Assembly: GCA_951406725.2 (NCBI GenBank)
Contig: OX597817.1
Location: 44,330,001 to 44,394,000 of the forward strand
Length of the DNA stretch: 64,000 nucleotides
Direction: 5' to 3'
Source: Octopus vulgaris
Lineage: Eukaryota
In this document: piece after piece, positions 39,116 to 50,968 of the stretch
Numbering within the stretch: position 1 is the first letter of the stretch
How the letters are laid out: every line of letters starts with the position of its first letter
Notes under the pieces: generated by a model
What the model saw: only the letters and a program-made list of their open reading frames with translations
Databases searched by the model: none
Told to the model about the DNA's origin: nothing
Made by a program: the position numbers and the translations under genes

Positions 39116-39609
39116 TTGAGTCATGCGCCTTCACTTGATCCATTCGCCTTCGCTTGAGCCATGTGCCTTCACTTGATCCATGCGCCTTCACTTGATCCAT
39201 GCGCCTTCGCTTGAGCCATGCGCCTTCACTTGAGCCATGCGCCTTCACTTGAGCCATGCGCCTTCACTTGAGCCATATACCTTCACTTGAGCCATATGCC
39301 TTCACTTGAGCCATCTGCCTTCACTTGAGCCATGCGCCTTCACTTGAGACATGCGCCTTTCTTTGAGCCACGCACCTTCACTTGAGCCATGCGCCTTCAT
39401 TTGAGCTATGTGTCTTCACTTGAGCCATGTGCCTTCACTCGAGCCATGCGCCTTCACTTGAGCCATGCGCCTTCACTTGATCCATGCGCCTTCGCTTGAG
39501 CCATGTGCCTTCACTTGATCCATGCACCTTCACTTGAGCCATGCACCTTCACTTGAGCCATGCTCCTTCACTTGAGCCATACATCTTCACTTGAGTCATG
39601 CACCTTCAC
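39098..39609. repeat. Minisatellite, ~27 x 19 bp (TGAGCCATGCGCCTTCACT)
   Basis: Contiguous units without spacers; the unit equals the 5' end of the adjacent SINE. Confidence 0.95.
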
Positions 39610-39791
39610 AAAATGTAAGATAAACTTTTTGTAACGAACTATTCCAGTTAATTTCTACTTACTATACGTTCTAATTAACTATAAACCATTAAACGCCCTG
39701 CATACAAGCTACTGGTATTCTTTCTCTCATGAAGGCCAAAGAAACCTAGTGGCTAGCTTAAACTGATTCCACTTATTAATTATTATTATCA

Positions 39792-39822
<31 letters not shown>

Positions 39823-40412
39823 TATTATTGTTGTTGTTGTTATTATGATTATTATTATCGGTACAAGGATTCACTGTACGACTGAACACTTGTTACTTGA
39901 CTGGTGCCTCTACTTGTGTCGTTAAAACATCATGGAATTACAAGCAACTTCCTTGAAAGGAAACCATAGCACTACTACTTTGTTACAAACAGCTGTCTCC
40001 TAAATTTCCTCCACCTCATAAAATTTGATAAATCATCTTCAATGACGTCACTTCGAAGTTGAAACCTTTAAAATTATCGAAAGTACACAAGGGATGTCGC
40101 AGTTTAGAGAAATATTTCAGAGTCGAACTATAATTTGACTTCCTGCAAGTAAGAAACGCACACCATTGCGAAGTATTATGTACATATCTGAGAGGCATTT
40201 AGCTTGAGTTCTATCAGTTTTTCACCTCTCCTCCTTATTTAGGTTATGAACTTCAGAATTTGTCAATGGTGGCTCACCCAACAACACACACATTTGACGA
40301 AAATCTATTAATTCGAATTCTTCTGTTTTAAACACAGGAATAAACACTACACATTGTTTTTATTTATCCTAGAGGCCAGTCTCCCATGGGACATATATTT
40401 CCATCCTATATA

Positions 40413-40828
40413 TATTTCTTTATTGCCCACAAGGAGCTAAACATAGAGGGGACAAACAAGGACAGACAAAGGGATTAAGTCGATTAAAACGACCCCGGTG
40501 AGAAACTGATACTTTATTTATCGACCCCGAAAAGATGAAAGGCAAAGTCGACCTCGGCGGAATTTGAAATCAGAACGTAACGACAGACGAAATACCTATT
40601 TCTTTATTACCCACAAGGGGCTGAACATAGAGGGGACAAACATGGACAGACATAGGTATTAAGTCGATTATATCGACCCCAGTGCTTAACTAGTACTTAA
40701 TTTATCGACCCCGAAAGGATGAAAGGTAAAGTCGACCTCGGCGGAATTTGAACTCACAACGTAACGGCAGACGAAATACCGCTAAGCATTTCGCCCGACG
40801 TGCTAACGATTCTGCTAGCTCGCCGCCC
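40413..40828 (-). mobile_element. Family A SINE 1.7-mer (young copy plus second body, both with young tails)
   Basis: Minus-strand junction ...AATAAAGAAATA|GGTATTTCGTCTG at ~40597. Confidence 0.92.
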
Positions 40829-42026
40829 TATATATCAGTGATGCTCAAACCTTAATATATACTGTACTGATTCCTGTGGATTTCGATACAAAGCCTCGAG
40901 CAGTGCGACCTTAATCATGCAGGGGATTAAATTGTGTACTGTCACAAATTAAATACAAACTGTACGTTGACCAAACTTTAGTCTTCTTATTGCTCTGCAT
41001 GTGATCGAGGAAGGCCGCTAAAATTTATATTCCGTGTATTTCTTGTTAGAATTACTACGAAAGCAACTCCCCAACCTCGCAACAAAAAACATAGAAGTAT
41101 ATATTTCTGTTTATATTACTGCTGACATTAACAGAAACCTAGCCACCGTGATTGATCGATTTAATAGTAGAGATACAAAAAATACAAAAAAGGAAAACTA
41201 GCAAGCTTTTATGTAAAACTATCAGCTACCTGTAGGTAACTACAGACTAACATCAAATTGCACTCACCAAATGCTCAGAAACACAAATATCTACAATCTA
41301 GGAATCCTAACAAGAGAACGTAATGTGCAATTGTTTTGTCCTATTTTGAGAACCACCAGGCGAACATAGCTTTTAAAGTTTGAGTTGTCTGTAATGAAAT
41401 TAGTTAGAAACATATATAAGCAATTTGCATCAAACATATAGCCAAGCAGAAGTAGCATATTGAATATGTTTCATAGTAGAACTTGAAATATAGGAATGTT
41501 TGTGATGAAATGTAATTTATAAGAGACCCAATAATAGCTTAGACTTCAAAGAAATTATTTTCATTCCTTTATCTCCGGAAATCTGAAGGTAAAATGTAAA
41601 CAAAACGAAATTAATCAATTGGTTTTGGCGTTTGAAGCCAAACAACAGATTCAAAATGCTGACAATGATGATGTTAAATATTTTAAACGATCATGTGACA
41701 GAGACATACAGAGAAAGATTGGTTCTTAATGCTTAGTACTACCGCATGCATCGAATAACTGATGTACGTAAGCATCTCTTTAACTGGTTCCAGGTAAGTC
41801 GGTGTTATCGTGGCAGACACTGTAAACAGCGGAAATGATGTTCTGAACATGCGCATTGAATCAGGGTCACCACTGCCAAAACTAGGAATCTTAACCAACA
41901 GAACACACAAGAAGTAACATTGGAAAGAATATGTTTCTCTCTCTCTCTCTCTGTCTCTCTCTGTCTCTCTCTCTGTCTCTCTGTATCTATATGAGTATGT
42001 GTGTATATGTATTTGTATGTATGTAT

Positions 42027-42078
<52 letters not shown>

Positions 42079-43835
42079 GGTTTGCAGATAAATTGAGATT
42101 TAGTTGATTTAGTGGGTTTAACATTTCATTTTTTTGACAAAGTCTTGCTTGCCTCAAAATCCAATTCTCTCTCCTTATTTTTCAGGTAAATAGCGAACTG
42201 ATTCAACAACAGAAAGTCATGGAACAACAGAATCGCTCCGCCATTGTTGTTTTGGCGCGCGGCGAGCATACTACCAATAACACTATTTAAGTTGACGAAA
42301 CTTCCAACTATTGACAGTAATTTTGAAAATATTGTTTTGTTCGTCTCACCCGCTGACAACTACCATTTGTATGAAGGTGAATTATAGAAGTTTTTCGTAC
42401 CTTTTTCAACATGTAAAGAGATAGCCGAAGCTATCCCCACCATCTCTTGATATATATATATATATATATGGATGGCATATGTATGCGTGCCGGTGCGTGA
42501 ATACGTTAACGCATTCGTGTGTGTAGGTTTATAAGGTTACCCGTGTTTGTATGTTTGTATCTTTTCAAATTCGTATCAATAAAACATTTGTGGGTAACGT
42601 ATTAATGTCACCATTTCTCGTGTACCTCATTTAACAATGTTGTATGCACAAACTCATTTAAACATGCGATTTACAGCGAAATGTCATTCGTTTATGTTTG
42701 TTTTGTTTTCACTATAGATGTAAGTTCATGCAATCTGTTTTTTTTTTTGGGGGGGGGGGGGTTCAGTTTCTGTTCTTTTGATAAATACAAATATTTAGGG
42801 ACAATACGTATATTTGAAATAAAAATTTTGCAGGGTTAAAGTAGGAAGATCATAATAGGTTGAGAAGAAGATATAAATGAATGAGGCTTTAGGTGAAAAA
42901 TGATTCGAGAGAATGCATTCGTTTAAAAAGAGAAAACAAAATTGTGAAAGTTGTTTATTACATAACAGGTATGGTGTATGAGAGAGTGAGACTGCTTATA
43001 GTGAATATAAGTGATGCGAAGGGGCACGTATCAAACTGAATTAAATAATTAAGGTATGGATTTACTGATTTCGGAAGGTATTAGAAGTATGCAATACTCG
43101 GATAAAACGATTCGATGAAGCGTTTATTCAGTAACAAGTTTAGGTGGGAAATATAAAACAGGCGGTCAAATGACATAGTGTCAGTAACTTCAGAGTATAC
43201 GTTTGTTTCTGTTAGTCAGAGAGAAAGGCAGCGTGTATGATCATTTGCTATAATACAGGGCCGCCGAAAGTGATGGGGGTGAGGGAGGAAGCTATTTTTA
43301 AACTGGAAACATAACCAAAATCCTTAAAGGCATCAATCCAAGATGCTGGGAAATAGTGTTAAACGGGGCGACAGTAAGCAATGAGAGGATTTGAACTTGG
43401 AACGCAAGGAGTCGGAACAAATATTGCATTGCATCGAATCCACAGTTCTTACAACTCCGTCAGTCCATCTTTCTCGATCGGTAGCATTTTATGGGCCAAA
43501 GAAGGATGACAAGGAATGTTTACCACGGCGGGATTTGAACTTGAAGTGAAGAGAGTAGTATCAAATTTTGAGATGTTTTCTACATCATGCTCTAACGATT
43601 CTTCCAATTCGCTGCCTTAGGAGATAGTGACAGATTCTTAAGATAATCTTCCTTTCTCATATCGATATGGTTTCTGTTGCTATTTCGGTAATTACGACAC
43701 ATCATTTCAAGTGTCTGTTGTCTGGTATTTGATACTCTTTAACTTTATCACTGTCTGTCTCTCGATATGCATACATATATACAGTCATACATACATGAAT
43801 GCATGCATACATACATACATACATACATACATACA

Positions 43836-43867
<32 letters not shown>

Positions 43868-44248
43868 AAGTAGAATCTGGATAAGAGAGAAGTCGACCGG
43901 TTAATTTGTACAAGTGAAATCTGTGATTGGAACAGTAAAAATATGCAAGACTTTTCTCAAGATCCAAATAAGAATTTGTTTGTGTTAACTACATCCCAAA
44001 GATGGAGCCTTGTGACCTTTTTGGAAACCGGTCCCCTTCTGAATGTAAGATTTACAATAATTAAAAATCAGAAGAGACATACATACATGCGTACATTTTA
44101 TATATATATATAATATATAATATATATCAGTGGGAGTAAGTATGTATATAATGTAAAAAGTATGTGTGAAAAGGGGATGTACATATAAAATGTGGAGAGT
44201 ACAATGAAAGTATATATATATATATATTTATATATATATGTGTATATA

Positions 44249-44308
<60 letters not shown>

Positions 44309-44688
44309 ATACAAGTGGGAGTGTATATACATATAGAAAAGCTATATATATATATGTATATACATACATATATGTGTATAGATATACACACATGTATGTA
44401 TGTGTGTATGTGAGTCTACGTATATATTGTATATGTATGTATTGAAACCTCAACACACTAACACACTCACCCACCTTCATACACGCACGCCCAAAATATA
44501 TATTACACAAACACACACCTAGTATCGTCTCTCTGTTTGTTGATAAGAGTCTAATATATACGAATCTAGATGAAACAAAGTAACAACCCTCTCCACCCTG
44601 TCTCAGCAAAGGAAAACAATACGAAAAAACAATGAGAGATTTCTAATTAAATTTGTCTAATGAAAGAGAAACGTGAGCAGGGCCGGTT

Positions 44689-44732
<44 letters not shown>

Positions 44733-45089
44733 GAGACGAGACGAGAGATGGGTGAGCGTGGGCAACAAGAGTAAGTAAAAGATAAAGATAAATAGATACA
44801 GAAGATAGAAGAGTGAAAGAAAGTGATGTTAAGAGAAACAAAGAGAGAGAAAATAAGAGAGACTGTGTGTGTGTGTCTATGTGTGAATAGGTTTGTGAAG
44901 GAGTGAGAGAATGAAAGTGGGGGAAAGATATAAGGAAGAAGAGGTTGAAAGAAACACACAGATATTAGAGAGGGAGGGCAAGAAGATAAGAAATCGTTAG
45001 ACAAAAGAACAAGTTTACTTAGTTTGGCTATGAAAGCCAGATAATAAAAACTGTTAGTGAAATAAGTTATAAGTTTATATAAATTAATA

Positions 45090-45810
<721 letters not shown>

Positions 45811-46545
45811 ACATTTTGTTCCGCATTCTTTCGTTGGTTTCTGTCAACTGGTTGCGGCATACTGGAAAAAAACCATCAAAGCTATAGCCGACCGCAATAT
45901 TACCGTATTAGTATGTTTGATGACAAGGGTATAATGTTAGACACACCCATTTTTTTCCTGAACATACATAAAAACAAAAAGAAAATTTTAATGCATTAAA
46001 GCTTGTGGGGAAATCTAACTTTGCATGTTTGCTGCGGGTGATTTGTTTTACACATTTTTGGAAAACAAGTGCGTTTTATGACGACATCGAATGTAGTAAA
46101 TTATGCTTATTTTGCAACCTCGCAATATATATATATATGTGTATGTATGTATGTATGTGTGTATGTATGTTTGTGTATATGTGTGTGTGTGTATGTGTGT
46201 GTGTATGTATGTGTGTGTATATGTGTGTGTATGTATGTGTGTATGTATGTGTGTATGTATGTCTGTGTGTGTATGTATATATCTATACACGTACATACAC
46301 ACATACATCCACACACAGTTCATAAATCATACATTTATGTACCTTATATAAAATTTGTGCATGTAAGTCTCTTCGAATACAGACTTTACAATAAATATTT
46401 CTATGCAACGCAAGACTCTGTGCTCTCAAAATTTCATAAGTTACATATACAATCATCAGCGTAAAAGCACATCAAATTCATAGTAGTGAGATACGTTTAT
46501 TTCAGAAAAGCAGCGAAATTAAAACACGAAGAACAAATGGTAATA

Positions 46546-46762
46546 ATTATTCTTTCCATTACAGGCAGAAAGCCAGAAATTTTGGTGGCAGGGAGCTCGT
46601 CGATTACATCGACTGCGGTGTTCAACTGTACTTAATTTATTGAATCCGAAGCAATGAAAGGGTGAGTTGTCTTCGGTGGCATGTGAACTCAGAACGTAAA
46701 ACCGGAAGAAATGCTACTTAGCATTTTTTCTGACGCCGCAACGACTATGCCAGCTCGCCGCC
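46546..46762 (-). mobile_element. Degenerate family A SINE, old-type tail, abutting (TAA)n
   Basis: GAACTCAGAACGTAA ... TGCCAGCTCGCCGCC. Confidence 0.8.
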
Positions 46763-46822
<60 letters not shown>

Positions 46823-46905
46823 TGATAATAATAATAATAATAAAATGATAATGATAATAATAATAAAATGATAATGATAATAATAATAATAATAATAAAA
46901 TGATA

Positions 46906-46949
<44 letters not shown>

Positions 46950-47006
46950 GATAATGATAATAATAATAATGATAATAATAATAATAATGATAATAATAAT
47001 AATAAT

Positions 47007-47575
47007 GCCATGATGCAGTACCATGCCCTGATGCAGTACCAGGTAGTGGCTCTCATGGCTTCTGATCTTAACTGATTGGAAGTGTTATCATGTACATTGT
47101 TTTGTCTTGGTATAAAAGATGGGCTACAGCAAATATTCTGCTCAATACCACAGATTTGCTTGTCAGTTGTTTGACCTTAACCAGTTGAGCATGTCCCTTA
47201 GTGGCTGACGATATGTGCATCTCTGATCACGAGCAGAAGTAGTGGGGGAGCATCATAGCCATGTGTTGAGAGGGATTCTTTGGGGTTTGATTAATTCACC
47301 TCTGGAAACATGGGTGTTTCTTTCAACATCCTTAAACAACCCTTATTCAGGGACCGTTTAAGCGGGATGGGCTACTCAACCTGAAGAAAATTCTAACTGG
47401 GCCCCACCTGCAAGGTCATGTGCTGTTTATCTTGATATGAGATCACCATGTCGCGCACATATGGTGATGCATGTGCCTGGTGTACCCTTATCAGACGGGT
47501 AGTCATGATGGGTATATTGGGCTTCGTATAGTTTACCCTAGTGTCACTTTGATGGCATGAACTGCTCTCTCACTC
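47007..47575 (+). mobile_element. Non-coding insertion in (TAA)n; probable UTR or non-autonomous derivative of an R4/Dong element
   Basis: Sharp TAA-repeat boundaries, no ORF, several local hairpins; family and orientation inferred from context. Confidence 0.6.
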
Positions 47576-47631
<56 letters not shown>

Positions 47632-47726
47632 TAATAATAATAATGATAATAATAATAATAATAAGGATAATGATAATAATAAAAATGATAATAATCATAG
47701 TAATAATGATAATACTAATAATAATG

Positions 47727-47801
<75 letters not shown>

Positions 47802-48812
47802 GTATTTAAGGAAGCTGACAAATACAAACAAGAAATCATACCACCTAATAAACATGAAGAAGAAGACGAAGAAGATGAACAAACAACAAAAGCTATAAAA
47901 CAAATGAAATCCAAACTAAAAATAGAACAGCAACGAACCATGATAAAACGATGGCAAGAAAAGCCCCTTCATGGTAAATACTGGACTAAACTAAACGCAA
48001 AAGAAATAGACAAAGAAAAATCCCAGCAATGGTTGAGAAGCTCAGGACTCAAAGCAGAAACAGAGGGATTTTTAATTGCAGCACAAGACCAAAGCCTCCC
48101 CACCAGAAATTACCAAAAGCATGTAATGAAAAGAAATATTACAAGTAACTGCAGAATATGTGGAGATGGACAAGAAACAATAAATCATATTATCTCTGGC
48201 TGCCCAGTCCTAGCTAAGAAGGAATATATTCACAGACATGACAGAGTTAGAACCTACATACATTGGAAGCTATGCCAACATTATGGAATAACAACAGAAA
48301 AAAGATGGTATAGGCACACACCAGAAAAGGTCACAGACAACGAGAAAGCAACCATACTCTGGGATATGCCGATAGACACAGATAGAGAAATTAAGGCCAA
48401 CAGACCAGATATAGTTGTCAGAGATCATGAAGAAAAAAATGCTTTCTAATTGATGTATCAATACCGGCAGATGACAACGTGTCTCTAAAAGAAATGGAGA
48501 AACTCTCAAAATACAAAGACCTGGTAATAGAGGTAACAAGAATGTGGAATCTGAAAACAGAAACAATTCCTATCATAGTAGGTGCATTAGGCATGATAAA
48601 AAAATATTCAGAGAAATACATAACAAAAACACCAGGACTTACAAACACATATAACATACAGAAAATTGCACTACTAGGCACTGCACACATCCTACGCAGA
48701 ACACTTTCCATACAATAACCATCAGAGCATCACAACAAATCACAGCACATACCCAAGGCATTAAGAGCTGCGCTCGGTAGTGAAGTGAAAGCACGCTATA
48801 AAAATAAAACTA

Positions 48813-48815
<3 letters not shown>
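47802..48815 (+). mobile_element. Young 5'-truncated Dong/R4 LINE: C-terminal CCHC knuckle and PD-(D/E)xK nuclease
   Basis: LHGKYW, WLRSSGLKAETEG, CRICG..INHIISGC, RHD, RPDIV..ID, KLSKYKDL; one frameshift in the A-run at 48433-48439; stop at 48718; (TAA)n on both sides as for Dong elements. Confidence 0.95.
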
Positions 48816-48882
<67 letters not shown>

Positions 48883-48884
48883 GC

Positions 48885-48916
<32 letters not shown>

Positions 48917-48929
48917 TAATAAAAATAAT

Positions 48930-49215
48930 TGTGTTTGGTGGGATAATAAAAGCATTATTTATTATGAGCTCCCACAAAATCAGATCATTAATTCTAGTGT
49001 ATACTGTCGTCGGTTGAACCAAGAAATCAAAGAATTGAGACTGGAAATTGCCATCGTGAAAGGGGTAGTGTTCCACCAAGACAATGCTCGACAACATGTG
49101 CCTTTGGCTACCCGAACAAAGTGACATGAACTTGACTGGGATTTCTTATTATCCTGATATTGCACCGTTCAATAGAATTCATTGCAAGGCAAAACATTTA
49201 ACAATTTAGATGGAA
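48930..49215 (+). mobile_element. Mariner transposase fragment
   Basis: RKG-like VVFHQDNARQHV followed by a WDFL remnant. Confidence 0.8.
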
Positions 49216-49300
49216 GTTGACTTTATAACTTGGCAGCATGAACCATGTTTTCGTTAATTATTGTAAGTGCATATGTAGTCGTGAGCAGATAAGACACCCT

Positions 49301-49399
49301 CTCAACTCTCCCATGTATCGGCTCTCTCAGCTCTCCCATGTATCGGCTCCCTCAGCTCTCCTATGTATCGCCTCTCCCATGTATTGGCTCTCTCAGCTG
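49301..49399. repeat. Short tandem repeat, ~4 x 23 bp (CTCAGCTCTCCCATGTATCGGCT)
   Basis: Directly visible, one unit partly deleted. Confidence 0.85.
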
Positions 49400-49644
49400 A
49401 AAGTAGGATAGGACTGCCGGAAGTAGGCTGAATTGCGTTAGCACAATAATTGGTTTTGTATGGCCACGTGAACGGAATAAGATACAAAATTACTCTTTGT
49501 ATGATTTAAACCGAATGCGCTTAGAGCTGGACCACACACTCTCACGCATTTTATCAGATGCCCTAATGATTTCCGCAATCGATCGCCTCAAGATAGAACT
49601 ATATATTAATTTCACTTTTGTAATATATGCGTGGCGATATCTTA

Positions 49645-49722
<78 letters not shown>

Positions 49723-49946
49723 ATTAATGTCATGGTATATAACCCGATACTTCGAGATATTGCTTAGAAAGATATTGCGCAGAAAATCATTTCAATATAC
49801 TGGAAACAATATCGAATATATGTAGAAATATTAGATATTTACACGTATGGTATTCAAATCGCTGAGATCTCAAAGTATCATGCATTACCTAAACAATTAT
49901 CAAATTATCAGTGGGTGAAGAGAGGGATTTTTTATAATCGTATATA

Positions 49947-50031
<85 letters not shown>

Positions 50032-50039
<8 letters not shown>

Positions 50040-50118
50040 AATTAAGGACTGAACACGAAAAGTGGACAGTCAACTGTTGACTGTCCACTTTTCGTGTTCA
50101 GTCCTTAATTGGTATATA
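50032..50118. repeat. Perfect palindrome, 43-bp arms around a single T at 50075
   Basis: TATATACCAATTAAGGACTGAACACGAAAAGTGGACAGTCAAC-T-exact reverse complement. Confidence 0.97.
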
Positions 50119-50198
50119 AATATTTTAATCTTCGGATTCTTTTTTAATATGCTAGACCACTGGTCTTAATTAATAAATATCAATTTCTACCCTTAAAT

Positions 50199-50264
<66 letters not shown>

Positions 50265-50426
50265 GTGTGTGTGATTGTGTATAGAAGAATATATTAACAA
50301 AAGGAATTCCAACCTTGTCTGATTTTCACGTTTTATTTACAATCTTATAATGATATATTATACGATAATATATTATAATAAAATAAAATAAAATAAAATA
50401 GTAGAATGTTAAATGTTCATTCTGAT

Positions 50427-50471
50427 TGAACTAGTACTTTCATGCATTAAATTCTGCAATCTTCGGGTTCA
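50427..50471 (-). ncRNA. Minimal type I hammerhead ribozyme of the Penelope pLTR (U4C variant)
   Basis: TGAAC-CCGAAGA-TTGCAgaatttaaTGCAT-GAAA-GTAC-TA-GTTCA. Confidence 0.8.
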
Positions 50472-50968
50472 TGTAGTAGTGGTGACAGTCATGCTTCACA
50501 ATTTTTGACTGTAGCAAGATGATTGATTATGTGCTATAAATACAGCTGGGTAGACTCCAGAGTGCTAGGTTTTGCAAACTGTATTCTGACCAATCAGTGT
50601 GTAGTATCACTCAATTACTTAAGCTGATTGGTTGGTTGAGCTGATTGGTTTAGGCGTCACGCTTTGTTGGACATGTCAAGAGTCCTGTATCTTGACTCTG
50701 GCCGAAGCAGCAATTGTTGGGTTATTTTTAGAAATGTTGTAAATAGCTTTTGTCAGAGATTTTTATATTTTTATATTTCAATTATCATCATCATCATTGT
50801 CAGCACCTTAATTATTGTTGCTAGTGGTGATGGTGGTGGCAATAGAACTTTTAACCCTAAATAAGATAATTTTCCTGCTATCTTCATCTTGATCACCTTT
50901 AGTATTGTTGTTGTTGTTAGTGGTCATGGTCGTAGCAGTAGAAGTAGTATCTCTAAGTATTATTATTA

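Larger units (their letters stand above)
46763..48925. repeat. (TAA)n array split into three blocks (46763-47006, 47576-47801, 48816-48925) by two insertions
   Basis: Directly visible. Confidence 0.95.

Noticed and set aside
39098-39609. CRISPR-like regular repeat array
   Set aside because: Units are contiguous with no unique spacers, there are no cas genes, the context is eukaryotic, and the unit derives from the adjacent SINE head
47628-47801. Poly-Ile N-terminus of the 273-aa ORF
   Set aside because: It is the (TAA)n target array read in frame, not part of the Dong protein
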